From NCBI GenBank assembly GCA_018060845.1, contig JAGOVG010000001.1, positions 86,070-150,069 on the forward strand: DNA of 64,000 nt, given 5' to 3'. A program made the translations under genes and the position numbers. The notes under the pieces were generated by a model. It was not told where the DNA came from and did no database searches. It saw only the letters and a list, made by a program, of their open reading frames with translations. The stretch comes from Candidatus Woesebacteria bacterium (GTDB lineage: Bacteria; Patescibacteriota; Microgenomatia; UBA1400; UBA12108). Numbering within the stretch: the first letter of the stretch is position 1; each line of letters opens with the position of its first letter. Positions 37,792 to 47,212 of this stretch are shown piece by piece.

Positions 37792-38586
37792 ATGAGTAAA
37801 CATAATAAAGATAAGATTATTGAGTTTGTGCAGAAGATGGGATTTTCCGCGGAAGCAGCGAGGGTATACCAAACCATGGTTTTGCGTGGGGCGATGAGCT
37901 TGTCTGAACTATCGAGAGAGTCGGGGGTAGAGCGGACGAGGTTATACCGCCAAGTACCAGAGTGGGTGGCGCAAGGTCTACTACAAGAACTACTGGCATA
38001 TAAATCACGTCGATATGCGGCAGTAGAGCCCACAATGCTTGCCAACAAACTTAGTGTGCAGAAGAAGAGAATTGAGGAGTTAGAGCTACAAGTTCCCGAG
38101 ATAGAGCAGATAGCCAGCGAAGCAATGGGCCAGCAAAAGACCAGGGTTAAGTACTTCCGGGGAGTTGAAGGGATCAAGCAGATACTTTGGAATGAGAGTA
38201 AAGCCAGGAGCGAAGTAGTGGGATATACCTACCGAAACTTGATTGAGGTGGTGGGGAAAGAGTTTTTTGAAGAGTATGCGAGAGAGCTTGAGAAAAATAA
38301 AGTGAAGATGCGTGACCTGCGCGCAGACGCGTTTATGGAGAGCGTTAAGAGCGAAGGGTTTGTGAGGAGACACATTGAACACTCTGGTTGGAGGTATCTA
38401 CCTGACTCGACCATGAAGCTGACCCACAACTTAGATGTTTACGATGATGTGGTTGCTATGTACTACTGGGATGATAATGATGTCTGGGGAGTGGAGATCC
38501 AGAATGCGCGCATGGCGAAGATGCAGAGGAGTATTTTTGAGACTCTGTGGGGGATCGCTAAAAAAGTAAAACTAGAAAGCCGCTAA
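37792..38586 (+). CDS. TrmB-family transcriptional regulator (paralog 3)
   Basis: HTH MGFSAEAARVYQTMVLRGAMSLSELSRESGVERTRLYRQVPEWVAQGLL. A TATAAT lies just upstream of the ATG at 37792. The longer ORF from 37690 was trimmed. Confidence 0.6.
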   Translation: MSKHNKDKIIEFVQKMGFSAEAARVYQTMVLRGAMSLSELSRESGVERTRLYRQVPEWVAQGLLQELLAYKSRRYAAVEPTMLANKLSVQKKRIEELELQVPEIEQIASEAMGQQKTRVKYFRGVEGIKQILWNESKARSEVVGYTYRNLIEVVGKEFFEEYARELEKNKVKMRDLRADAFMESVKSEGFVRRHIEHSGWRYLPDSTMKLTHNLDVYDDVVAMYYWDDNDVWGVEIQNARMAKMQRSIFETLWGIAKKVKLESR

Positions 38587-38882
38587 TCAGGATGAATGAT
38601 TTGGCCGGTGGCGTAGCGATGAAGGATACTACTGGCTAGCGTTTGGTAAGGCATACCCAGCTTTGCTGCTGACTCCCTAAGTTTCTCTAGGGTCGTTGGC
38701 TGTAAGCGGATATTAATGTTTTTTGATTTAACAAGTTTAAGAGTCAGAGCTGCAGAGCGCTTCAGCTCTTCGCGGCGCTTAGTAATGTTTTTAACTGACT
38801 TCCACTCACCCCTATTATAAGAGTCAAGTATTTCTTGCTCTTCTTTGTCAAGCTTGTAGACTGGTTCTAATATAGATTTCAT
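38583..38882 (-). CDS. brnA: BrnA-type antitoxin (ribbon-helix-helix)
   Basis: 99 aa. ...NINIRLQPTTLEKLRESAAKLGMPYQTLASSILHRY resembles the BrnA antitoxin family. It overlaps the upstream toxin ORF by 4 nt. Confidence 0.6.
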   Translation of the reverse strand: MKSILEPVYKLDKEEQEILDSYNRGEWKSVKNITKRREELKRSAALTLKLVKSKNINIRLQPTTLEKLRESAAKLGMPYQTLASSILHRYATGQIIHPD

Positions 38883-39187
38883 ATATTTTTCTCCTTGGTT
38901 AGATTATATTTTTTATTAGCTTTGCGGCTGGGAATAATTGTCTTTAGAAAGCGTTTTTCTGAGTCTTCGACGTATGGAACTAGATAGGTGTAGTTACGAA
39001 TAGAGACTATGAGCATTTGTTGATGTGGATATTTTGATTGATTGGGGTGTGGACCATCAAAGAGGACTCTTTTTGCTTTAACTGCTCTGACTACTTGATC
39101 AAAAGTAATTTTCCGCAAAGCTTTTAATGTGCTATTTTTATCTGGATCCCACTCGAATGGCTTGTCCATACTTGGATAATATGACAA
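38879..39187 (-). CDS. brnT: BrnT-type toxin
   Basis: FEWDPDKNSTLKALRKITFDQVVRAV, the BrnT family N-terminal signature. Confidence 0.6.
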   Translation of the reverse strand: MSYYPSMDKPFEWDPDKNSTLKALRKITFDQVVRAVKAKRVLFDGPHPNQSKYPHQQMLIVSIRNYTYLVPYVEDSEKRFLKTIIPSRKANKKYNLTKEKNI

Positions 39188-39204
39188 ATGATATACAATG
39201 TCAA

Positions 39205-40383
39205 CTACTTAATCTGTTTACTGAGATAAATTGCAGATGGCAAGACGAGGATGAGACCAATAATAGCGGAGTAGCCGAAGGTGGTCGCAACACTCCCCTG
39301 CTCCATAAGATAGCCGATGAGTGGTCCTACGCCAGCGATTAGGATATTACCGAGGAGAGAGATGGCAGAGAGACTGGTCGCACGATAGCGGGATTCGAGT
39401 TCGACGTTCTGTAGTCTAGTGAGGATAGGGCTCCTCATGCCGTCGGACATTTTGCGCAAGTAGACACTACTGACCGCCCCAAAGCTATTTTCAATAAATG
39501 AGAGAGCAGAGCCAAATGCCTGGAAAAGAGTAAGGAAAATTGGGATATTCTTGTCTCCGAGCTTCATAACCAAAGGAATCAGCTTGGTGCCGAGTGCGCG
39601 AATTACGTATGTACCTGCTACCAGATATCCCAGGTAAGAGGCGGGAAAGTTGGCTTCGGCGAGCCTGGGCTCATACAGATACCACAAGCCGACATAGGCT
39701 ACAAAATTGATCGCAATGCTGAAAATAGAAATGGCGGCGATACGAGAATGGCGGAAGATGTGGATGGTCCCCTCCCAGTTTTGGCGTAAATATGATTTGA
39801 GAGTAAATTTCTCACTATCTAGCTCTGGTTCTTCGAGGGGAAGCGCAGTAATGAGAGCACCAATAGCCACTAGTGTGGTTAAGGCATAAGGGAGCTGGGG
39901 ATGTAGCGTATAGAGATAGCCGCCCAGCACACTACTGATTGCCATACCGATAGTGCACCAAAAGAAGGTGTCTGCCTCGACTTTTTGATACTCTTCTTCG
40001 CTACGACCATTTTCTTTCATAGAGTCAAATAGGAGTGCAGAGAGGGCGCCTGATTCAAATGCCCAGTTGGCGAGGTAGAGAATGTTACCAAGTAAAAACA
40101 TCCAAAAGTTGGTTGCAAAGGTGAGGATGCCAAAACCGACAACACCGAGGACGCGACCAAGTAGGACGGTGTTTTTCCGTCCCCAGAGATCAGCTAGAGC
40201 ACCTGATGGGAGCTCAAGTAGTAGTTGGAGAAAAAGACTAATTGAGGTAATGAGAGCTATTTCTTGCCACGATAAATAACTGCGCCAGATAAGCACCCAG
40301 ACACCAATGACTACAAAAAACCACTGAAAAATCGACGTGATCATGAAGTATTTGATGTTTTGTTTGACGTTGGTTTTGGCCAT
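39205..40383 (-). CDS. MFS transporter (paralog)
   Basis: LPSGALADLWGRKNTVLLG, 12 TM. Confidence 0.75.
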   Translation of the reverse strand: MAKTNVKQNIKYFMITSIFQWFFVVIGVWVLIWRSYLSWQEIALITSISLFLQLLLELPSGALADLWGRKNTVLLGRVLGVVGFGILTFATNFWMFLLGNILYLANWAFESGALSALLFDSMKENGRSEEEYQKVEADTFFWCTIGMAISSVLGGYLYTLHPQLPYALTTLVAIGALITALPLEEPELDSEKFTLKSYLRQNWEGTIHIFRHSRIAAISIFSIAINFVAYVGLWYLYEPRLAEANFPASYLGYLVAGTYVIRALGTKLIPLVMKLGDKNIPIFLTLFQAFGSALSFIENSFGAVSSVYLRKMSDGMRSPILTRLQNVELESRYRATSLSAISLLGNILIAGVGPLIGYLMEQGSVATTFGYSAIIGLILVLPSAIYLSKQIK

Positions 40384-40472
40384 AGTATTTATTTTATGTT
40401 ATCCACATATGTTTGTGGTTATCAACATAGTTGTCCACATATTCTATCTGTATTATTGAATATGTTAAACTG

Positions 40473-41240
40473 ATGTTCACTATGGTGAACAGGTCATTAC
40501 TCAGAATAATTAAGCAGATGGGGCTGACAAGTAAACATGCTTTGATATATGAGATCCTCAATAAGAAGCCTGCCACTACCCCACTACAATTATCACGTGA
40601 AACTAAGTTGAATAGATCGTCGCTCTACCGCTATCTCGAAGAACTGAGAGAGAGAGGGTTAGTTGAGCTAATTTTAGGTGACAAGACGAGCAAATACCGG
40701 ACAAGTCCAGATGGATTTGACCGATACCTCGCAAGCGAAGAGCTGCGAGTCACAAGCCTGAAGAACGAGATCCCCGCCCTCCTGCGAGCGCTGCCAAAAA
40801 ATGAAGGTGGAGAGCGGTCTGAAATAAAGTACTTTCAAGGTAAAGATGGGCTTAAACAAATGCTGTGGAATGTGGTCTCTAGTGGGCACGACTTCGTCGG
40901 CTTAGGATATGAGGATTGGAATACCAGTGTAGGTAAAACTTTTGCTGAGAGATTGCGCGTAAAGAATATAGAAACTGGGGCAAGATCCCGAGAAATAACA
41001 AATGATAAAGATGATGATTATGAATATACGACTCTTGGAGAGAAGTATCATAAGGTTTATGAACACCGCGGAATCAACGCAACCGTCCTAGAGATCAAAC
41101 ACGACACGTATATTTATGGCGAAGTTTTTTCCTATTACTACCACTATCAGGGCGAGCACTTTGGCGTCGAGATACATAACAGAGAGATTGCTAGGACTGA
41201 GAGACAGATGTTTGAAATTTTGTGGAAAATAGCAAAATAG
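40473..41240 (+). CDS. TrmB-family transcriptional regulator (paralog 4)
   Basis: HTH MGLTSKHALIYEILNKKPATTPLQLSRETKLNRSSLYRYLEELRERGLV. The C-terminal domain is similar to the other three paralogs (..FGVEIHNREIARTERQMFEILW). Start uncertain. Confidence 0.6.
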   Translation: MFTMVNRSLLRIIKQMGLTSKHALIYEILNKKPATTPLQLSRETKLNRSSLYRYLEELRERGLVELILGDKTSKYRTSPDGFDRYLASEELRVTSLKNEIPALLRALPKNEGGERSEIKYFQGKDGLKQMLWNVVSSGHDFVGLGYEDWNTSVGKTFAERLRVKNIETGARSREITNDKDDDYEYTTLGEKYHKVYEHRGINATVLEIKHDTYIYGEVFSYYYHYQGEHFGVEIHNREIARTERQMFEILWKIAK

Positions 41241-41289
41241 CTCCGACTCAGAATTTTTTGGTCTAACCAGGGACTGATATACTCGGTTT

Positions 41290-41775
41290 ATGAAAAAGCA
41301 GGTTGGTTTTTTGGGTAGTTTTGAAAATTACACGTGGATAGTATTAGAGAGAGCGTCACCTTCCCTACCCTATTTTGCGGCAGGGTTAGTGTTCTTAATG
41401 ATTGGATCATCGATAGTTAGAAGTAAGGCGAGTTTGGCGGGCGTACGCGACCTGCGAGAGGCAAGTATTAGGGCGGCGGGTGTTGGAGATTACACGAAGG
41501 CACAGGATTTGTTTAATCTTCACAAATCACAAATCATAAATTCTCAAAATGTTTTGGGGGTGGAGAACGAAGAGGACCTAGTTTTTCCGTATAGAGTAAT
41601 TGAGCGTGAGATAGCAAAATATGAGGAGATGCTTGAGAGGTACCCCGGTCACCGAGACATATATCTAGTGCTATCTAAGCTGCACAACCAAATTGGGGAG
41701 AGCGAACAGGCTACGGCTTACCTCGAACTGGCAAGAGAACTAGATCCGAACAATGAGATGGTTATTCTTTTTTAG
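41290..41775 (+). CDS. TPR-like repeat protein
   Basis: Helical-repeat patterns (AQDLFNLHKSQ...YLELARELDPNNE). Confidence 0.35.
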   Translation: MKKQVGFLGSFENYTWIVLERASPSLPYFAAGLVFLMIGSSIVRSKASLAGVRDLREASIRAAGVGDYTKAQDLFNLHKSQIINSQNVLGVENEEDLVFPYRVIEREIAKYEEMLERYPGHRDIYLVLSKLHNQIGESEQATAYLELARELDPNNEMVILF

Positions 41776-42421
41776 CATCGTCAGCTTTGGGAGCGTCAGC
41801 GCCTTCGGCAGGTGCGGCTGCGACCTCTCCCTCTGCTGGAGCGGCTGCGACCACCTCTTCTTCTTTGGCTGGCTCTTGGATGGTGGCGATCACTTCTTCG
41901 TCCTCGACCATTAGGGTTACTTTGGAGCGATCAAGCTTGAGATCTTTGGCGTGAATGGTAGCACCTACTTCGGTTAAGACAGTGATGTCGACCTCGATCT
42001 CACTTGGGAGATCGGCTGGGAGTGCCTCGACTTCGATTTCGTTTCTTTGGAGAGCTAAGACGTTTCCTGCTTTGACAGCCTCTGATTCACCGACTGGTTT
42101 GAGAGGTACCATGGCTGTGGTTTTGACGTTTAGATCTACTTCGTGAAAGTCGACGTGGAGGAGCTCACCACTAACTGGATCCTGGGCATAACCAGCAACT
42201 AGTACTGGGTGAGCCTTACCTGTGTCAACAACTAAATCGATTAGACTAGTTTCGCCGGCTTTTTTGAGAATTTCTTTGAGAGCTTTGATTTCGATCTGGA
42301 TCGAGAGAGATTTCATCTTTTTACCAAAGATGTTAGCTGGAACAATGCCAGTCTTTCGGAGGGTGCGGACACGTCGTCCGAGGGCGGTGCGAGTAGCTGC
42401 TTTGACTGTAAAGTTGGACAT
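41762..42421 (-). CDS. rplY: 50S ribosomal protein L25/general stress protein Ctc
   Basis: MSNFTVKAATRTALGRRVRTLRKTGIVPANIFGK... L25 beta-barrel with Ctc-type C-terminal acidic tail. Confidence 0.85.
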   Translation of the reverse strand: MSNFTVKAATRTALGRRVRTLRKTGIVPANIFGKKMKSLSIQIEIKALKEILKKAGETSLIDLVVDTGKAHPVLVAGYAQDPVSGELLHVDFHEVDLNVKTTAMVPLKPVGESEAVKAGNVLALQRNEIEVEALPADLPSEIEVDITVLTEVGATIHAKDLKLDRSKVTLMVEDEEVIATIQEPAKEEEVVAAAPAEGEVAAAPAEGADAPKADDAKKE

Positions 42422-42482
42422 AGTGTTCCTTTAGTAATTAGTTATCAGTAATTATGTATGTGCAGATTATAGCAGATTAGAA

Positions 42483-45260
42483 CTAAAATTGAATCGAGAG
42501 GCGGTGGTCTGTATCGTTTAGGAAATCAAACCTTAGTTTTTGCGAATCTAGTACCGAAGGCTCGGGCGAGAGTTTGGAGGGTTTGAGGTAGAGAGGTAGG
42601 TTGTAGTTTACAGTTAACTTGTCCTGCGACCTAGTGCCAGATTGCCTCTGGTAGTAGAGAGTATAGAAAGAGCCAGACTTAAGCTGGGTGCGGTTGGTAT
42701 ATACCACTGTGCTCGTGGTCAGTCTGTTGATCGGAACAGTCACTAGGTATGAGACTACGAGGCGGCCATGCTCCTCGGCAACAGCGTAGTCAGATGGAGA
42801 GAGAGCATTCTCCCCTACTCTGATCTCGACAAGGCTCGAGGATGGAGGCAGATAAAGCCGTGCGTAGTTTTTGTAGGAGCCAGCTGGCCAAGCATTACTG
42901 GTCGCGGCATTTTTCCAGGTAGTTGTTAGGGTATGGGTGGGCTCGCCATCTTTACTGACATTAATATCCAAGTTCATATCTTTGGTGATGTAAAAATTAG
43001 CTTTGTTGACACCAAAGTTGCTGTCGACGCTATAGAGATAGTCGTCGTAGCAAGGACTGGTTGGACAGGGCTTATTTTCGATCCCACCATTCCAGCCGAG
43101 CGTCTGGAGGATCCGCTCGGAGTTGGGACTGGTCACGCTCACTTGAGTATCGCTACTCTCAAGCGAGCTCATGAGGGCAGCGCTTACGCTCAGGAGTGAT
43201 TTGGCGTCCGCGGTTTTTATTTTTTCGAATAAGGCGTCTGCCACACTACTTAAAAACTCTTTTTTGGCAGTGCTACCAGGAAAGAAGTTGACCTCGGCGT
43301 GGTACTGAGCACGCTCGGCTAGGTTGCCTGCATTAATCGTTTCATCATAGTCAGGCAGCTCTAGAGGACCGATTGCGGACAAGAGGAGCTTTAAGGTTTC
43401 GAGATTAACTGCGATTGTACCTGAGACATCTTGGTTCATCGATTTTTTGAGGAACCACTCGGCACGCCTGGCACTAGTTGGGAAGTCGGGGTCAAAGTTA
43501 CTGTCTCTTAAGTACCATTTGGCTTCGCCCAGAATATTTTTGATCGGAGCGGGCGGTTCGACGTGCCCTTTTAGTGCGCCGTCGGCGGTATAGACGTCAT
43601 AAACCTGAAAATCGTAGAGCTTACCTTTTTCAAAAGAAATGATGCCGTAGCTGCCAATAAAACCACCAGTCCCCCGGAGCTCCATATTATTTTGAAATAA
43701 CACGAGGTATTTAGCCCGATCACTGAGACTGATCAGGTCTGGGAGGATGCTAACAACCCCCTTGCCTAGTAAAGTATTTTTTTTGAGACTTGGTAGCAAG
43801 TTTTTGATAGCCTGATAATCGTCGCTCATGCTCGTGATGAGATCTGGCGTCTTTGCGGGGAGCGTGCCATCGAGGAGAGAAAGCTCTTGGTAGAGTGTCT
43901 CGACATCCAGCCTGGCGGTGGTTAAGGTGCTAGCCAAATTGAGATCAACATCGCTCAAAATGTAAGAAGAGATGTCGCGCGCGCCGAGTGAGAGATTGGA
44001 AGTGGTCTCGCCAAGCTTTAGCGCCTGTTGATAGGCATCAAGAAGCAGAGATGCGTCGGTTAGCCCAAAAGCCACTGAGTTGGTGTATAGATATTTAGCG
44101 GCAGTCTTTGCCACTGGGTTGGATTTAAGATTATCGAGAGAGCCGGCCACAAATTGATTTTTGTAGTTGGTGATAGTGACCCATGTAATACCGAGAGTGA
44201 GAGCAAGCGAACCTAAGTAAAAAATTAACCCAAAAAGCAATCCTTTGGCGACTACCCTCAGGCCACGCTTCTTGAGAAATGAGGGAACAGTCAACTTTCT
44301 TTTGACCCGAGTCTTCTTCTTTGGCACAAACTCGAGTCCGGTTAGGTTGTATGTTTTTGGCTTGACTGGCTCCGACTCAGTCGTCCGAACAAGTTTGGGG
44401 AGGCGAGTCTTAGGGAGAGTGATAACCGGTTCTTTTACTGATTCTGTCTCTGGTTCTAGATTTGGATCAGGCAGTGGCACTGGAATAGGTTCAGTTTTTG
44501 GAGTTGGATCTCCCTTGGGTTTATGTTCCTTTAAGTAGTTTATCGCCAGATCGAGCGTGCTCTCTTTGGGTAGATCACTTAGGAGCTGATGAGTGGAGCG
44601 ATAAAAACTGGGAGAGACTGGGGAGACTATACCATCATCTGAATAGGTGACCTCACCTCTGGACTCTTGCGAGTCAGTAATCAACTGCAAGAGTGTGGTT
44701 AGGGAGACTCCGCTCGTGTTACCAATATTGATCTGGGGCGCTTCGGTCTGACTAACTAGGATCCTAATAACCGCATTAACTAAATATTCTTCACTCATCA
44801 AGTGCAGCGCAGACAGGCCGCCCTCCCCCAGACTGACTGGACTCATTCCGTTAATCTCTCGCTCCAGGCTAGCGAGTGTGGGTGAACCTTCGCCATCCAA
44901 CCCCAGGTACTCCCCTACTACCAACCTAGTGGCCCGACTCGAGACTTCGAGGGGGATTTTTTGCCAGGCTCGCTCAACCAAATAGAGATGAGGGTGTGGG
45001 TATGAGGTGAGCATGCTCCAGACTCCCCTGCCCTCGCCAACAAAAAAACTAGCTAGTTCCGGCGTCAAAAAAATGAGCCAGGCGTCGTGTACTGGGAAGG
45101 ATTGATCTGTAAAGCCGAGCATTTGGTCGAGCGAATAGTGATGAGTCTCGAGGTTGTGCTTTTCGGCATATTGACCGATCACACGATCGACATCTTGAGC
45201 GTTCGAGAGAATCGCAACATTACCACGCACGGCTTCAACCGCAAATCTTACAGCAGGCAT
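42483..45260 (-). CDS. Large membrane protein with cytoplasmic N-domain, single TM helix and large extracytoplasmic domain (DUF4012-like?)
   Basis: 925 aa. TM helix at about aa 330 (LLFGLIFYLGSLALTLGITWVTI). Pro/Lys-rich linker. C-terminal region with NMELRGTGGFIGSYG. Confidence 0.45.
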   Translation of the reverse strand: MPAVRFAVEAVRGNVAILSNAQDVDRVIGQYAEKHNLETHHYSLDQMLGFTDQSFPVHDAWLIFLTPELASFFVGEGRGVWSMLTSYPHPHLYLVERAWQKIPLEVSSRATRLVVGEYLGLDGEGSPTLASLEREINGMSPVSLGEGGLSALHLMSEEYLVNAVIRILVSQTEAPQINIGNTSGVSLTTLLQLITDSQESRGEVTYSDDGIVSPVSPSFYRSTHQLLSDLPKESTLDLAINYLKEHKPKGDPTPKTEPIPVPLPDPNLEPETESVKEPVITLPKTRLPKLVRTTESEPVKPKTYNLTGLEFVPKKKTRVKRKLTVPSFLKKRGLRVVAKGLLFGLIFYLGSLALTLGITWVTITNYKNQFVAGSLDNLKSNPVAKTAAKYLYTNSVAFGLTDASLLLDAYQQALKLGETTSNLSLGARDISSYILSDVDLNLASTLTTARLDVETLYQELSLLDGTLPAKTPDLITSMSDDYQAIKNLLPSLKKNTLLGKGVVSILPDLISLSDRAKYLVLFQNNMELRGTGGFIGSYGIISFEKGKLYDFQVYDVYTADGALKGHVEPPAPIKNILGEAKWYLRDSNFDPDFPTSARRAEWFLKKSMNQDVSGTIAVNLETLKLLLSAIGPLELPDYDETINAGNLAERAQYHAEVNFFPGSTAKKEFLSSVADALFEKIKTADAKSLLSVSAALMSSLESSDTQVSVTSPNSERILQTLGWNGGIENKPCPTSPCYDDYLYSVDSNFGVNKANFYITKDMNLDINVSKDGEPTHTLTTTWKNAATSNAWPAGSYKNYARLYLPPSSSLVEIRVGENALSPSDYAVAEEHGRLVVSYLVTVPINRLTTSTVVYTNRTQLKSGSFYTLYYQRQSGTRSQDKLTVNYNLPLYLKPSKLSPEPSVLDSQKLRFDFLNDTDHRLSIQF

Positions 45261-45563
45261 GAGTTCAGTTTATCGGCATTTAGCTAAATCAGCAAATAGC
45301 GAGATTGTTGATCGTTTACGACCTATATATTCTATTGACCTAACAACACTCTTCGTTATGACGTTTTTTTGTTCCGTTCTTTTGTTAATCTCTCTTGATA
45401 TGTCGCCTACTGTGTTCGTTCTTACGTTTTTTGCACGTTCTGTTTGGTCTGCACTGTTTCTTTGCCGGCTTCACTCTTTTTCACGTTTTTGTAAACCTAT
45501 AGCTATCAAAGATTAAGACACGAAATTACCGCTTATTAAGAAATATGACCGACTAGTAAAGAT

Positions 45564-45974
45564 TTACTGGTGATTATCTAGTGCATCGTTAACGAGGCTG
45601 TCTGCGAGAGAGTTGCCTTCGCGATAGGTGTGAGCGATACCCCAGGACTGGATTTTGCTAAGTAGTCCCCTCACCTCCTGAATCCTCGGGATTAAGTCTG
45701 GACTTTTTACCTTGTAGAGGCCTTTGACCTGGTTAACGATAAGCAATGAATCCATTTTGATACTCAACTTGGCGGTGGGATGATTGGTCGCAACCCAGGT
45801 TAAGCCGGCAATTAAACCCTGGTATTCTGCCTGATTGTTGGTAGTGACCCCTATGTAATTACCGCATTTTTCCAGTACGATTCCCGCACTATCACTAATG
45901 TCGTACACTACATAGCCATAGGCAGCGGGACCGGGGTTGCCGCGTGAGCCACCGTCACACTGGAGGAGGATTTT
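45564..45974 (-). CDS. rnhA: Ribonuclease HI
   Basis: DGGSRGNPGPAAYG, TNNQAEY and YREGNSLADSL catalytic motifs. Start set at MKILL. Confidence 0.85.
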   Translation of the reverse strand, partial: KILLQCDGGSRGNPGPAAYGYVVYDISDSAGIVLEKCGNYIGVTTNNQAEYQGLIAGLTWVATNHPTAKLSIKMDSLLIVNQVKGLYKVKSPDLIPRIQEVRGLLSKIQSWGIAHTYREGNSLADSLVNDALDNHQ

Positions 45975-45997
45975 CATAAATCTCAAATCTTAAATTC

Positions 45998-47212
45998 TCA
46001 AATTCTCAAATGGGAATCTTGAGTTCTGTGTGAATAATACAGGAGAGAGATAAAAATGAGAAGCTCGGTAACACCAGTAATAATAGCTGCAGCAACTACT
46101 CCATGGTGGGGGATAGCCCAGAGGTTGGCGGAGACGTTTAGGAGTGCGGCGATTATGTATATTTTTAAGACTAAGCCATCTTTGGACTTGGCCACAAGAT
46201 CCCACATGAGTGGTGCGGTTAGGTAGAAGAGTGGGAGAGAGAGCGAGAGTATGCGTAGAGTGGTTATCGAGAGACCCAGCTCTGGCTTGATATAGATTAT
46301 GAGAGGAGCCAGGACGTAGGTAGCAATACCAGCGAGGAAGCCGAGGGAGCCGAGTGTTTTTAGGGTAGGAATGAGCAGACTCTCTTTGTTTTTGAGCATG
46401 AGAGGGTAGAGAGAGTTCATGACAAAAACAGGCAGAACTAGGATTACGTCAAAAATGCGGTAAGCAAAAGCATACTGCCCAACCTCGCTACTAGTGCGAA
46501 AAACACCCAGGAGAATAGTGTCCACTTTGCTACTTAGGATACTAAAGATTAGGATGGCGCCCAGAGTAGAAGCGCGAAGAAGTGTTGGCACTACCTCCCG
46601 AAGATCACTAATCTGGATGTCTTTGAAGAGCAATCTGGGAAGTAATAAGAATGTTGAGACTGCCATTACAAAATACCCAAAGGTAATTGAGAGAGTAAGG
46701 CTCGGGAGAGTAGGGGATGAGCTTAGGTAATATAGCGTTAAGATGGTTGTCACTATAGTGCCGAGAATTACTGAGATTGTGGAGCGCCAATAATTCATGC
46801 TGTACTGAAAATAAGCATTGCCCGAGGTATAAATACTCTGGAATAGTATACCTATACTTGCTACCCAAAACAGCGACTTGATCTCTGGACTATAACCCCC
46901 AGGGAGTAGAAATACGAATGTGTTAAGCACCATGATCGCAACGAGTGCGAGCGCTAGTCGGGTAAGCATCACTCGCCGCGTTAACTGAAGCATCGAGGAT
47001 ACCCCTGTAGCCCTACGAACTGCGTCGGCATTTAGCCCAAAATCTATTACAGTAAAGCCTAGTGCGACGAGAACTAAGATTTTGCTCAAGTCTCCATACA
47101 GATAGAGTCCGGCGATTCTGATGGTAAAAAAGGTGGTAAGTAAGGTCAGGCCTGCCCCAAAGAACTTGGCGGTTAGCTGGGCTAGGGTGTTACTCGCGAT
47201 GTTTTTGAACAT
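45998..47212 (-). CDS. Polysaccharide biosynthesis/flippase (Wzx/MOP-like) membrane protein
   Basis: 404 aa, about 12 TM, N-terminal MFKNIASNTLAQLTAKFFGAGLTLL typical of Polysacc_synt family. Confidence 0.6.
   Translation of the reverse strand: MFKNIASNTLAQLTAKFFGAGLTLLTTFFTIRIAGLYLYGDLSKILVLVALGFTVIDFGLNADAVRRATGVSSMLQLTRRVMLTRLALALVAIMVLNTFVFLLPGGYSPEIKSLFWVASIGILFQSIYTSGNAYFQYSMNYWRSTISVILGTIVTTILTLYYLSSSPTLPSLTLSITFGYFVMAVSTFLLLPRLLFKDIQISDLREVVPTLLRASTLGAILIFSILSSKVDTILLGVFRTSSEVGQYAFAYRIFDVILVLPVFVMNSLYPLMLKNKESLLIPTLKTLGSLGFLAGIATYVLAPLIIYIKPELGLSITTLRILSLSLPLFYLTAPLMWDLVAKSKDGLVLKIYIIAALLNVSANLWAIPHHGVVAAAIITGVTELLIFISLLYYSHRTQDSHLRI

Noticed and set aside
45261-45563. tmRNA or other structured RNA gene in the 300-bp spacer
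   Set aside because: No tRNA-like acceptor/T-arm ends, no tag-peptide reading frame ending in ALAA-like sequence. Only the short repeated motif is visible, so it is reported as a finding rather than an RNA feature.
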